Source: Thermotogaceae bacterium
GTDB taxonomy: Bacteria > Thermotogota > Thermotogae > MWEM01
Direction: 5' to 3'
Assembly: GCA_030445775.1 (NCBI GenBank)
Contig: JASUTC010000002.1
Location: 1-63,776 of the forward strand
Length of the DNA: 63,776 nucleotides
A program made the position numbers and the translations under genes. The notes under the pieces were generated by a model. It saw only the letters and a program-made list of their open reading frames with translations, had not been told where the DNA came from and did no database searches. Each line of letters begins with the position of its first letter. Within the stretch, counting starts at the first letter, position 1. Of the stretch, positions 36,450-46,427 are shown piece after piece.

Positions 36450-38159
36450 TTAGAAAACAAAATTAATCGTTCTTTCTCTTTCGCCATTCAATGTAATTAC
36501 CTTTTCTTGTATCTCTCCTTCAGGTGTTTCACATCTGACCGTATAAGAACCATGCTTTAAATTGAGTATAACCGGTGTTAAACCACTTTCTTTACCATCT
36601 AAAAAAACCGGAAGGTGATCAGGTAATGAATTTATTGTAAGGTTTGTATATGATGGAATTTCACGATAAAATGTATATGTTTCACCATCTAAAAAAGTAT
36701 TTGTTTCCTCATATTCTGCACCATCTGACCAGCTTAATCTCAAAATTCCATTTCCCGGTCGTATCTTGATTCCCCTAAGCGGTGTATCACCAATATAAGA
36801 TCCCATCCAATGAACTGCGGCTCCAGAAGGTTTGGTTACCAAGAATAATTCTGATTCTCCCTCTAAATTGATCGTTTCTTCATAAATCTGGCCGGGTAAA
36901 AGTTTGTATATTCTTCTTCTTACCGGATAACCACCACGAATGATGTCAAAGGTTTGTATCCCCTGATACGTATTAATAATTGCAGGCGATTCATATTCAA
37001 CACCTCGATGAAAAACAAAGGATTGACCGGCTGGAATAACATCAAAAACAATTGTAGTTTCGTCATTAAGGTTAACATTCTTTTCACCATTATCAAATGT
37101 TTCAATGTTACCCATCCATTCTTTCTCCCCGCTGATCAAATGTATCAAATGTTCGCCATGACTCATCATTTTATCAACCGGTGTTAAGCCAACTTCTTCA
37201 CCATCTATCGATAATACTGCAGCGGGAGTAGATGAAAATGTCCAAAGATATTCTTTTAATATAAGCTCTTCACGAAGTTTATTCTCACCTATTTCCACAA
37301 AAATATCCTTTTTAATAGGTTGAAATCCCTTTGCACTAAGTGACAATTGATATTTACCCGGTGGAATCCTTTTCAAGATCAACGGACTCTTGCTGGTATC
37401 ATGATTGTCTATCGTAATAGTAGCATCAGTAGGTGTGGCAACAACTGTCAAATCGGAGAACGGTTTCAAAATTTGTGTAATTTCGTTCAACCCTACCTTT
37501 TCAATAATGATATCTTTTGTTTCGCTATAATGCCATTCTTTATGGAATGAAATAATATGTTTTCCGGCATCAAGATAAGTTTCTATGGGTGTTTCACCTA
37601 ATTTGCTACCATCTATGCTTACAACAGCACCTGATGGGTCTGAGTTTATTTTTGTTTTTCCTTCCCGTTCCAAATTAACTTGCAAATACTTTTTGGCATA
37701 CTGTTTTACATCTATATAAAAAGTACGGGGTATAAATCCTTCATGCGAAACTTGAACATAATGTTTTCCAACCGGTAATTCAGTTTCAAATTTTCCAATG
37801 GATTCGAGATTTTCATTAACAACGATTTTGCTGTTTTCAGGGAAGGCTTCTACCAATAACACACCGGAAGGAATCATCTCTAAACAGATTGATGTGGCTT
37901 CAGTAATACTGATCTTTCTTTCAAATGTATTATAACCTGGTTTTTCTGCTTTTAAAATGTAGTCCCCTTCTATTAAAAACAACATTTCTGAAAGAATTCC
38001 GTTTCTATCCGTCAAACCGAATAAAGAATTGTCTATGTAAACCGACGCATTTCCGGGTATTGTTTTTATTTTTACCGGAACGGAGAAAAACACCGAAAAT
38101 ACTACGGTTAATAAAACTAACGTTATTAGCAATTGGCGTTTCAACACATACGCCTCCAA
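36450..38159 (-). CDS. secreted multi-PEGA-domain protein
   Basis: Signal peptide plus at least six repeats of the PEGA pattern, for example PSGAVVSIDGSKLGETP...GKHIISF, TDATITIDNHDTSKSP...GKYQLSLSAKGF and AAVLSIDGEEVGLTP...GEHLIHL. Confidence 0.75.
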   Translation of the reverse strand: MEAYVLKRQLLITLVLLTVVFSVFFSVPVKIKTIPGNASVYIDNSLFGLTDRNGILSEMLFLIEGDYILKAEKPGYNTFERKISITEATSICLEMIPSGVLLVEAFPENSKIVVNENLESIGKFETELPVGKHYVQVSHEGFIPRTFYIDVKQYAKKYLQVNLEREGKTKINSDPSGAVVSIDGSKLGETPIETYLDAGKHIISFHKEWHYSETKDIIIEKVGLNEITQILKPFSDLTVVATPTDATITIDNHDTSKSPLILKRIPPGKYQLSLSAKGFQPIKKDIFVEIGENKLREELILKEYLWTFSSTPAAVLSIDGEEVGLTPVDKMMSHGEHLIHLISGEKEWMGNIETFDNGEKNVNLNDETTIVFDVIPAGQSFVFHRGVEYESPAIINTYQGIQTFDIIRGGYPVRRRIYKLLPGQIYEETINLEGESELFLVTKPSGAAVHWMGSYIGDTPLRGIKIRPGNGILRLSWSDGAEYEETNTFLDGETYTFYREIPSYTNLTINSLPDHLPVFLDGKESGLTPVILNLKHGSYTVRCETPEGEIQEKVITLNGERERTINFVF

Positions 38160-38162
38160 CTC

Positions 38163-38759
38163 TTATTGATATTCAACATTCGGGAATTTAATCTCGCCTA
38201 CATTCATCCATGTTAAAACATTGCCTACTTTTTCTGTAGGTTCTGGCTTTGCTGAAATAACCTTTGCATCTTCAGGTAAAATAAAAACAAGTTTAGAATT
38301 TGAATTTTCCTTTAATTCCAATCGGTTTTCTCCAAAATCTGTTATCCATCCATTCTCTGTTTCCTTTACCATCCCGGTAACTACATTTACCTCTTCAATC
38401 CTTAGCAATCCATTTTCCTTGTATGCAACTGCATCATATTCCAGAACCTCAATAGGTCTGTCGGATTGTTCTTCGAGTTTAGATAATACTTCCTTATAGT
38501 TTGCCATCTTTTCATCTATAGAAACACTGTTAAAGTATTCCATTGACTCCTCCAAATCAGATTCTTTCTCGTAGGCAAATAAAACTTCATTCTCAATTTT
38601 TGTTTCATTACCTCTTTCAAAACTGTAAGTTGCCGAGAATTCAACTTGCTCATAGTTTTGTTGGTTGTTGAAAAAAGTAAAAATATTAAATCCTGCAAAA
38701 ACAATAATAACGGCTAACAATATCCACATTAATTTTTTGTTGTTCATTCTCAAAACCAC
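38163..38759 (-). CDS. hypothetical N-terminally anchored exported protein
   Basis: 198 aa with one N-terminal TM or signal helix (LMWILLAVIIVFAGF). The start is either 38759 (GTG) or 38747 (ATG). Confidence 0.55.
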   Translation of the reverse strand: MVLRMNNKKLMWILLAVIIVFAGFNIFTFFNNQQNYEQVEFSATYSFERGNETKIENEVLFAYEKESDLEESMEYFNSVSIDEKMANYKEVLSKLEEQSDRPIEVLEYDAVAYKENGLLRIEEVNVVTGMVKETENGWITDFGENRLELKENSNSKLVFILPEDAKVISAKPEPTEKVGNVLTWMNVGEIKFPNVEYQ

Positions 38760-38768
38760 ACTCCATCT

Positions 38769-39395
38769 CTATTTATTATTTTTATTCCAACTTGGTAATT
38801 TTTCTTTAAATTCTTTAAAAACCAAAGATGCCGTTCGTTTAAGGTTGAAATTTGATATTTCTCTGATTAAGGGGAAAAAAATCAAAAAATAGATTAAAAT
38901 AACAGTTAGCAGTAAACTCAACAACAACCCAAAAGCCATTTTTTGCCCGAGTATGATAGCGTCTTCCAAAGCTCTGTTATTTTTGTACAATCCCTCAATC
39001 AAAGAAGGACGTATTTGTGTATACGAATGAATAATACCATTTTTATTTTTATCAAAAGCTAAATCATAGAATTGTAATATTATTTTTTTCAGGTATTCAG
39101 TAGACTCTCGAATTTTGTGATTTGGATCGATTAAAAACCAAGTTTTAATCGTATTTTTTTCAATAAAATCATCAAGAGTTCTTCTAAAGGCATTGACTGT
39201 CCATAGATCAAATTCAAGTCCTTTTTCTGTATTAAGAATAGATATATGGATATCAGAGTTCAATTCGTTTACCCTCATGGCATGTTGTTGCAATGTATTT
39301 GTGTCAATCATTAGAGTACCTGCAAAATAGATCAATATTCCAACCACAACAATCATTATTAAGGACATGATCAAAACATAATTTGATAGTCTCAA
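38769..39395 (-). CDS. hypothetical two-TM membrane protein
   Basis: 208 aa with TM helices at the N-terminus and near residue 160, and a loop of about 120 aa between them. Confidence 0.55.
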   Translation of the reverse strand: MRLSNYVLIMSLIMIVVVGILIYFAGTLMIDTNTLQQHAMRVNELNSDIHISILNTEKGLEFDLWTVNAFRRTLDDFIEKNTIKTWFLIDPNHKIRESTEYLKKIILQFYDLAFDKNKNGIIHSYTQIRPSLIEGLYKNNRALEDAIILGQKMAFGLLLSLLLTVILIYFLIFFPLIREISNFNLKRTASLVFKEFKEKLPSWNKNNK

Positions 39396-39419
39396 TTAAA
39401 AACTCCTCACTTCTAAAGG

Positions 39420-40688
39420 TCATTCCTCTAATTTGTCCAAGATATAATTTTCTATCCAGCTGCTTTCAACACTTGTCTGATTTCCTGTTTCCATGTCTTT
39501 GACTACATAGATACCGTTATTTATTTCTTCATCACCAATGATGATTGTGAATCTTGCTCCTATTTTCGATGCATATTTCATCTGGGTTCTTAAACCTCTT
39601 CCCATAAGATCATGTTCAACGCTGATACCCTTTCTCCTTAAAAATCGAACAATTTTTATCACATACGGTTCAGCTTCTTCACCCATGCCTAAAACAAATA
39701 TTTCTGATAAAGGTTTGATATTAATCTCAACCTCTTCTTCCTTCATAATAGACAGTATTCTTTCGATTCCACAGGCATAACCAACTGCGGGAATATCTTT
39801 TCCGCCAAGTTCTGAAATGACATGATCGTATCGTCCACCACCTAAAATATCCAAAACTGTGTCTGAAAATGGATATTTTACCTCAAATACCATTCCCGTA
39901 TAATAATCAAGTCCTCTTACCAAAAAGGGATTTTCTTCATAGTCTATTGATAATTGTCCAAGCTGTTTTTTTATGGTCATATATTCTGCAGAACATTGAT
40001 CGCATAAAAACTCCGTTAATTTGGGAGCTTTTTCTTTCAGTGCTACATCATGTGGATTTTTACAATCTAACAGTCTTAAAATATTATTTTCATATCTTAC
40101 TTTGCAATCATCACATAAAGAATCATAATGATCTTTATAATATGCTTTTAAGGCTTTTTTGTACTCTAATCTGTCTGACGAACAACCCAGATGATTAACT
40201 TGAAACTTGTAATTATGCAGATGCAAACTTTCTATCAAGTACTTGGCTTGCCATATAATTTCAACATCAGCTTTGGAAGAAGACGATCCAATAATTTCAA
40301 CACCAAATTGATGGAACTGCCTGTATCTTCCGGTTTGAGGTTTTTCATATCGAAACATGGGCCCCATGTAAAAGAGTTTCTGAGGTAACCCCAAGCTCAT
40401 AAGGTTGTTCTCCAAAAATGCCCTAACCACAGGTGCTGTACCTTCCGGTCTCAGAGTCATACTTCTGTTGCCTTTGTCATCAAAAGTGTACATCTCTTTC
40501 TGAACGATATCCGTTTCATCGCCAACACTTCTTTTAAACAATTCTGTTCTTTCCAGTATGGGTGTTCTTATTTCTTCAAAACCGAAAACTCGCGCTGATT
40601 CTTTAGCTTTGTTTTCAAAATGATGCCAAAAGGGGGCATCTTCACCAATTATATCGTAAGTGCCTTTAGGTCTTTTTATCAAAGGCAT
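39420..40688 (-). CDS. hisS: histidine--tRNA ligase
   Basis: Class II motifs: KEMYTFDDKGNRSMTLRPEGT, FRYEKPQTGRYRQFHQ and GGGRYD. 422 aa. Confidence 0.95.
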   Translation of the reverse strand: MPLIKRPKGTYDIIGEDAPFWHHFENKAKESARVFGFEEIRTPILERTELFKRSVGDETDIVQKEMYTFDDKGNRSMTLRPEGTAPVVRAFLENNLMSLGLPQKLFYMGPMFRYEKPQTGRYRQFHQFGVEIIGSSSSKADVEIIWQAKYLIESLHLHNYKFQVNHLGCSSDRLEYKKALKAYYKDHYDSLCDDCKVRYENNILRLLDCKNPHDVALKEKAPKLTEFLCDQCSAEYMTIKKQLGQLSIDYEENPFLVRGLDYYTGMVFEVKYPFSDTVLDILGGGRYDHVISELGGKDIPAVGYACGIERILSIMKEEEVEINIKPLSEIFVLGMGEEAEPYVIKIVRFLRRKGISVEHDLMGRGLRTQMKYASKIGARFTIIIGDEEINNGIYVVKDMETGNQTSVESSWIENYILDKLEE

Positions 40689-40705
40689 TCCCTCCTTGAT
40701 TTTTT

Positions 40706-42517
40706 CTATAGAACATTTTTGGCTTCTTCCAAATCAAAACAAACACCACAATTTGTACATTCAAAGTGCCTGCAATTGCCTGTTTGTATTCCAAAAAAAC
40801 TTTTTTTGTATTCGTTTATTAAAAATTCTTTTCTAATTCCAGAATCTATATGACTCCAGGGTAGATTTTCATGAAATCCCCTCGCACTTATATATTTCTC
40901 AGGCATTATATCAAATTCCTTAAATGCTGAGATCCATCTTTCGTAAGAAAATTGACCTTTCCACGCTTCCAGATATCCCCCTTCTCTGGCAACTTTTAAA
41001 ATGGCTTTAGAAAGACGCCTGTCTCCACGGGAGAGTATCCCTTCTATGAAACTAATTTCCGGTCTATGAAACTCAAAATGGCTTAACTTTCTCAAATATG
41101 ATAATTTCTTAATTTTCGAATGAAGTTCATGTACACTATCCTGAGCGGCAAACTGAAATGGAGTATGGGGTTTGGGGATAAAGCCGGAAACACTTACTGA
41201 AACATTTTTCATACCTAAAGCTCTGCACTTTTTAACAATTTCTATAATACCATTCAAATCAGCGTCGGTCTCAAAAGGTAATCCCGCCATAAAATAAAGT
41301 TTGATCCTTTTCCATCCTTTGGCTACAGCAACTCTTATCATGTCATAAATCTGTTCATCCATAATGTTTTTGTTAATCCTGTTTCTCAGCTTTTGTGTCC
41401 CTGCTTCAGGAGCAACCGTTATCCCTGTTTTTCTAACAGTTGAAATCTTCTCCGCAATATCTAATCCAAATTGATCCAATCTGCTGGATGGTATGGATAA
41501 AGCAACCATTTTATGCTTTAATAAAGGCATTAAAGTCTCAGTTATATCAGAAATCTGTGAATGATCTAATGTACTTAATGAAAGCAGCGATAATTCATCA
41601 TAACCGGTGCTTTCAAGAATGGAATAAGCGGATTTCATGATCTCTTCTTTATTTCTTTCTCGTGTAGGTCTGTAAACCATACCGGCGTGACAAAAACGGC
41701 ATCCTCTTGTGCAGCCTCTCATTACCTCAATTACTCCTCTATCATGTACGGTTTGAGTATAAGGAATCAATTGCTTGTAAAGCGAGTTTTCTAAGCTTAA
41801 AGGGGAAATTCGTTTTGATATAGAATGGGGAATTTCATTTCGATAGGATTCTCTGGGTACAACTTTGCCGTTTATCGATTCATAAAAGGCAGGCACATAA
41901 ATACCTGATACCTTTTTTGCCATTTGTAAAAGTCTTTCTTTTTTTGGCATACCAAATGTTCGTTGTAATAAATCCCCAATCTCACAAATAGCTTCTTCCC
42001 CGTCTCCAATAAGGAAGGCATCAATAAATGGGGCTATCGGTTCAGGATTATATACGCAAGGACCACCGGCTATAATTATGGGATCTTCTTCCGTCCTGTT
42101 TTTAGAAAACGGATCTATATGAGACAGCTCAAGATATTTTACCATTCCTGGATAAGACAATTCATATTGAAGTGTGAATCCAATCACATCAAATTTATCA
42201 GGTGTTTTAAAAGTCTCCAAACTAAACGGATTAAAATTTTCATGCTCCATGATTTCCAAAAGATCCGTCCACGGCAAAAATGACCTTTCAGCCAAAAAGT
42301 TTTTCCGCTTGTTGATTTCTTCATAAAGAATCTTTAACCCTAAATGACTCATTCCAATATCGTATATATCAGGAAAAACCAATAAAAATTTTAAAATTGA
42401 TTTCCCCCATTCTTTTCTGATTAAGTTGTATTCATTGCCAAGATACCTTGATGGCTTTTCTAAAGTGTACAATAAACCACTTTCATGAAGATATTTGTTA
42501 ATAGATTTTGTTTTCAA
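40706..42517 (-). CDS. B12-binding-domain radical SAM protein (TIGR03960-like, function unknown)
   Basis: 603 aa. CxxxCxxC cluster motif MRGCTRGCRFCHAG after an N-terminal Rossmann-like domain. Confidence 0.8.
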   Translation of the reverse strand: MKTKSINKYLHESGLLYTLEKPSRYLGNEYNLIRKEWGKSILKFLLVFPDIYDIGMSHLGLKILYEEINKRKNFLAERSFLPWTDLLEIMEHENFNPFSLETFKTPDKFDVIGFTLQYELSYPGMVKYLELSHIDPFSKNRTEEDPIIIAGGPCVYNPEPIAPFIDAFLIGDGEEAICEIGDLLQRTFGMPKKERLLQMAKKVSGIYVPAFYESINGKVVPRESYRNEIPHSISKRISPLSLENSLYKQLIPYTQTVHDRGVIEVMRGCTRGCRFCHAGMVYRPTRERNKEEIMKSAYSILESTGYDELSLLSLSTLDHSQISDITETLMPLLKHKMVALSIPSSRLDQFGLDIAEKISTVRKTGITVAPEAGTQKLRNRINKNIMDEQIYDMIRVAVAKGWKRIKLYFMAGLPFETDADLNGIIEIVKKCRALGMKNVSVSVSGFIPKPHTPFQFAAQDSVHELHSKIKKLSYLRKLSHFEFHRPEISFIEGILSRGDRRLSKAILKVAREGGYLEAWKGQFSYERWISAFKEFDIMPEKYISARGFHENLPWSHIDSGIRKEFLINEYKKSFFGIQTGNCRHFECTNCGVCFDLEEAKNVL

Positions 42518-42541
42518 AGGTGTTCACCGTTAACTTTGATT

Positions 42542-43825
42542 TTAAGCTTTCCAATTGACCGGTTTTCGTCTTACAGGCATGGTCATACATCTACAACCAC
42601 CACCACCCCGTGACAATTCAGAACCTTCCATCGTAACCACACAACGCTTATAATCATTAATGTTTTTCTTACCTGATATTATTTCTTCAGCATCAATCAC
42701 CTCAAAACCTGCTTTGTTTAAGGCGTTAATTGTACTGACATTTCTTTTATACCCAATGATTTTACCAGGTGCAAGGGTTAAAAAGTTTGCCCCACTATGC
42801 CATTGTTCCCTCTCTTGAACCCATTCATCTTTATTGTCACCACAAAATACAGGTTCAATGGGTATCCCTAACCTTCTTAATGAATCAATTATATTATCTT
42901 CTTCCCAAATATCCACTTTTCCATTAACAATATTAATGTGAACGGTCTTTAGATTATTCCGCTTAAGAATTACCGGTTCATATGTCATACATTTATCAAC
43001 ATCTAATAGTGTAAACACCATGTCAAGGTGAATAAATGATTCCGGAAATTTCGGCAACTCTTGTATAATGATATGCTTCGATTCGCCTCGATGCTTAATG
43101 TGTTCAATAACAAAATCTATACCTTGGGAAGATGTTCTGGAACCCATTCCAAATAACAATATCTGTTCGCTGGCGATTAATAAATCTCCACCTTCACTGT
43201 ACAATGAATCAGGCACATGTCGCCTTCTCATAGGATTGATTGTATCCCCGGAAATCATAGAACTATGATTAAAAATGGCTTCCATTATCAACGATTCTCT
43301 TGCTCGCACGGGAGTTGCCATTTTATTGATTAATACGTGATTTGAAATACTGACAGAAGCATCTCGAGTAAAGAAAAAATTGTGTAATGGCCTCAAAGCA
43401 TATCTTTCCTGGCTTAAGTAATCTGTTAAAGAACTTTTTTCTAATGGCACACCTTCTATCAATTGGGAAGCAAGATCGTATTCAGATAGGGAGAGTAAGT
43501 ATCTTTTATACTCATTAACATTTTCGCTCTCACAAATCGCTTCAATTAACTCTCTTTTTACACCCTCATCACTAAGAGCATCTGTTAAAAGATCTTTGAC
43601 TTGAAAAGTTTTTGTCGTTTTTTCAAGTACACCCACTAATTCTGCATATTCTTCTTGAGCTACCGATAAGTTTAATATATCTGAATAAAGAGCCCTTTGA
43701 GCATTTTCAGGAGTCATATTTTCAACTTCAGGACCCGGGGTGTGCAAGATTACTCCCTCTAATTCTCCAATCTCAGAATTAACTTCAACTTGCATTTTCT
43801 TTTTTCCAAATGAATCATTTTTCAC
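42542..43825 (-). CDS. arcA: arginine deiminase family protein
   Basis: N-terminal NSEIGELEGVILHTPGPE and the C-terminal catalytic Cys region GGGGCRCMTMP. 427 aa. Confidence 0.8.
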   Translation of the reverse strand: MKNDSFGKKKMQVEVNSEIGELEGVILHTPGPEVENMTPENAQRALYSDILNLSVAQEEYAELVGVLEKTTKTFQVKDLLTDALSDEGVKRELIEAICESENVNEYKRYLLSLSEYDLASQLIEGVPLEKSSLTDYLSQERYALRPLHNFFFTRDASVSISNHVLINKMATPVRARESLIMEAIFNHSSMISGDTINPMRRRHVPDSLYSEGGDLLIASEQILLFGMGSRTSSQGIDFVIEHIKHRGESKHIIIQELPKFPESFIHLDMVFTLLDVDKCMTYEPVILKRNNLKTVHINIVNGKVDIWEEDNIIDSLRRLGIPIEPVFCGDNKDEWVQEREQWHSGANFLTLAPGKIIGYKRNVSTINALNKAGFEVIDAEEIISGKKNINDYKRCVVTMEGSELSRGGGGCRCMTMPVRRKPVNWKA

Positions 43826-43852
43826 CTTATTTCCTCCAAAATTTTATTTTTT

Positions 43853-44398
43853 TTATTCTATCATAGTTTTTGCTTCATCGTTTTCTTCAGCTTCATTCGG
43901 CATATCTTCACCGAGTTCCTCGTATAATTCAAGATCAGACATTTTAAAAATCTCATAGAAATTATCCGTGACAGAATAGGCATACGGTCTACCCGGGGCT
44001 TTCACGCGTTTTCTTTTTAATAAACCGGAAAGCAATAATTCTAAGAGTTGATTAGAGCAATCTTTCCCTCTTACAACTTCTACTTGGGATTTTGTACTTT
44101 TTCCGTTTTTCGCAACAATTGCCAATACCTCCAATTGAGAGGGTGTTAATTTATCAATAGGCCTTCTAACCAATCTTTCAACGTATTCAGCGTATTCTTC
44201 CTTTGTGAAGAAACCGTATTTTTTACCAACTCTTTTCAATCTAATGCCATGTTCCTCATTCTCATATCTTTCTTGAATTTCGGTTAATATACTCTCAACT
44301 TCTGTTTTGGAAAAATCTGTAAATCTGGTCAATTGACTTATATCTAATCCTCGGTTAGTAGAAAAAATCAAAGCCTCAATAATGGAAGTTTTATTCAT
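43853..44398 (-). CDS. scpB: segregation and condensation protein B
   Basis: IIEALIFS..., PSQLEVLAIVAKNGKSTKSQVEVVRG, and a tandem winged-helix layout. Start reassigned to ATG at 44398, which lies 4 nt after a G7 SD. Confidence 0.85.
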   Translation of the reverse strand: MNKTSIIEALIFSTNRGLDISQLTRFTDFSKTEVESILTEIQERYENEEHGIRLKRVGKKYGFFTKEEYAEYVERLVRRPIDKLTPSQLEVLAIVAKNGKSTKSQVEVVRGKDCSNQLLELLLSGLLKRKRVKAPGRPYAYSVTDNFYEIFKMSDLELYEELGEDMPNEAEENDEAKTMIE

Positions 44399-44467
44399 AT
44401 AACCCCCCCTATAGTACTTAGCCTTTTCCCTTTTATTATAACATTTAAGGAAAGATATATTAAAACA

Positions 44468-44476
44468 TGCTATAAT
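44468..44476 (+). promoter_or_regulatory. extended -10 promoter element TGCTATAAT
   Basis: TGnTATAAT lies 28 nt upstream of the ATG at 44504, with AGGAGG at 44491-44496. Confidence 0.4.
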
Positions 44477-44503
44477 CGCAGTAAAACCGAAGGAGGTCAA
44501 TAA

Positions 44504-45361
44504 ATGAAATTATTTTGTTCGATTGATATGGAAGGTATTGCAGGAACCATAAACTGGCAACAAGAAGACGCTTTTGGAACAAGACAACAGGTTAAAAAAT
44601 GCATTAGAAAGCAAGTCGAGTGGGTGATCAAAGGAATTCACGAAAGCAAACAAAATCACATAATCGATGAAATTGTGATGGCAGATTCACATAACAACGG
44701 TGACAGTTTGGATTACGACATTACCGAGTTGGATGATCGATTGTATTTAATAACAGGTTCCCCGCGCCCAGAATACATGATGCCTATGTTTGATAAAAGT
44801 TACGATGTTGTTTTCTTTCTTGGCTATCATGCCGGTGCAGGAAGGATGCAGTCGACTATGGATCATACTTTTTCAAGTAGCGCGTTTCATAATGTATGGA
44901 TTAATGGTAAATTAGTTAACGAAACTTTGTTAAATGCAGCCTATGCCGGCTATCATGGAGTTCCTGTGGGATTGATAACAGGAGATTTGGGATTAAAGAA
45001 ACAGTTGGAAGAAGCAGATTTGTTGAATTGGGTGGAGTTTATCATAACAAAAGAAGGCATTTCTCGATTTGCAGCAAAACATTATCCTATGAACATTGTT
45101 CAAAACAACACGATAGAGGCTGTAAAAAAAGTACTGAATAAAAATTTAAAAGAATTACCGGTTTTTAAATTTGATTCTGATTATGATCACCCCATTGAAC
45201 TAAAAATACAGTTCAACAAAACTGAGATGGCTGATGTTGCACAGTTCATACCAGATGCAACACGTATTGACGCCAGAACAATACAGTACAAAAACCATAG
45301 TTTTAAATCAATATTTAATACCTTAGCCATTTTTTCAGGACTTACCCGTATTACCAAATGA
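44504..45361 (+). CDS. M55 family D-aminopeptidase (DppA-like)
   Basis: N-terminal SIDMEGIAG, plus the FLGYHAGAG and ADSHNNG motifs. Confidence 0.8.
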   Translation: MKLFCSIDMEGIAGTINWQQEDAFGTRQQVKKCIRKQVEWVIKGIHESKQNHIIDEIVMADSHNNGDSLDYDITELDDRLYLITGSPRPEYMMPMFDKSYDVVFFLGYHAGAGRMQSTMDHTFSSSAFHNVWINGKLVNETLLNAAYAGYHGVPVGLITGDLGLKKQLEEADLLNWVEFIITKEGISRFAAKHYPMNIVQNNTIEAVKKVLNKNLKELPVFKFDSDYDHPIELKIQFNKTEMADVAQFIPDATRIDARTIQYKNHSFKSIFNTLAIFSGLTRITK

Positions 45362-45382
45362 CAAGGTTGATTTGAGGTAAAT

Positions 45383-46330
45383 ATGTTTATCGGTTTCCTA
45401 TTAATCAGTATTTCAGCTGTTTCATTATTTACACTTTCTGTTATCTCAGCATTCAGTCAGAGACATTTTTTAATCTCATTGCTGATATTACTTATTAATG
45501 TATTATTGTTGGTTGATATCTTCTCCCAATTTAAAAAAGAGCAATTTCACTTTTTGCAATTGAAACAAAAGGACTTATTTATCATCTTATTTTGCGTTAT
45601 TGGAGCTGTATTAGCCTATGTGATTAATGTGTATATTGGACTTGGTGCCATTATTGCTTCAGCCATGATTGGGTTATTAGGCGCAATATTAATTCCAAAT
45701 TATGCAGTGTCAATTTATTGTGGTTCCTTCGTAGGTATGGTTTCTCCTTTGGTTCTTCATGATTTTTATCATGTGCTGTTAGCTGCGTTGATGGCAGGTT
45801 TTATCTTAATGCTTTCAGAGGATGTCTATAAAGGATACGGAGGTAAATTAGGCGCAACAGCGTTTATTCCATGGGTTATACTTACTGTATCGAATAACGT
45901 TCAGTTAACCACTCTGCATTCTCTTTCAATTACTTTAATGTTAGATATTTTGTTTTTTAGTACATTGGCAGCCTTTTCAACTTATGTCATCGTCCAAAGG
46001 TTGAAACATGATGTAGTCACTGCTTCCAGTTTAGTAAGTTTGGTAGCAGGTTTAATTTTACCTGCGGTCTTCCCAACCAATGGAACAACTTTTGCGGCAG
46101 TTGCCATGAGTGCGTCTTTTGCTGGAATGTCATCAAAGAAGATCATCAAAAACGAAATCCAAATGTTGATTGTTTCATTACTGCTTGGCATTATGTTTGT
46201 CTACAGTTATAGTCAATTTGGAGGTACCGGAGGGAAACTTGGTACATTGGCTTTCGCCAGTGTCATTACGTATAAAGGAATAGAAATTGCATTCAAAACC
46301 TTTTTTAAAAAAACCGGGCTATTTCGATAA
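45383..46330 (+). CDS. hypothetical polytopic membrane protein
   Basis: 315 aa with about 9 TM helices. No family recognised. Confidence 0.6.
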   Translation: MFIGFLLISISAVSLFTLSVISAFSQRHFLISLLILLINVLLLVDIFSQFKKEQFHFLQLKQKDLFIILFCVIGAVLAYVINVYIGLGAIIASAMIGLLGAILIPNYAVSIYCGSFVGMVSPLVLHDFYHVLLAALMAGFILMLSEDVYKGYGGKLGATAFIPWVILTVSNNVQLTTLHSLSITLMLDILFFSTLAAFSTYVIVQRLKHDVVTASSLVSLVAGLILPAVFPTNGTTFAAVAMSASFAGMSSKKIIKNEIQMLIVSLLLGIMFVYSYSQFGGTGGKLGTLAFASVITYKGIEIAFKTFFKKTGLFR

Positions 46331-46355
46331 TCCGTTTTCCCGCTGATAAAAAAAG

Positions 46356-46364
46356 TGCTATAAT
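46356..46364 (+). promoter_or_regulatory. extended -10 promoter element TGCTATAAT
   Basis: The same 9-mer as at 44468 lies about 64 nt upstream of the ATG at 46428, with AGGGAGG as SD. Confidence 0.35.
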
Positions 46365-46427
46365 TCAGTTGTAGGGGAAGTAAAACCATTTCTTTTTTAT
46401 CCTATTTAAAAATTTAGGGAGGTCAAA

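Noticed and set aside
36440-36487. Longer N-terminus (MAKEKERLILFSKEVK...) for the Omp-alpha-like gene, overlapping the PEGA gene by 38 nt
   Set aside because: The internal ATG at 36439 is preceded by GGAGG at ideal spacing and yields a canonical signal peptide, while the extension has neither.
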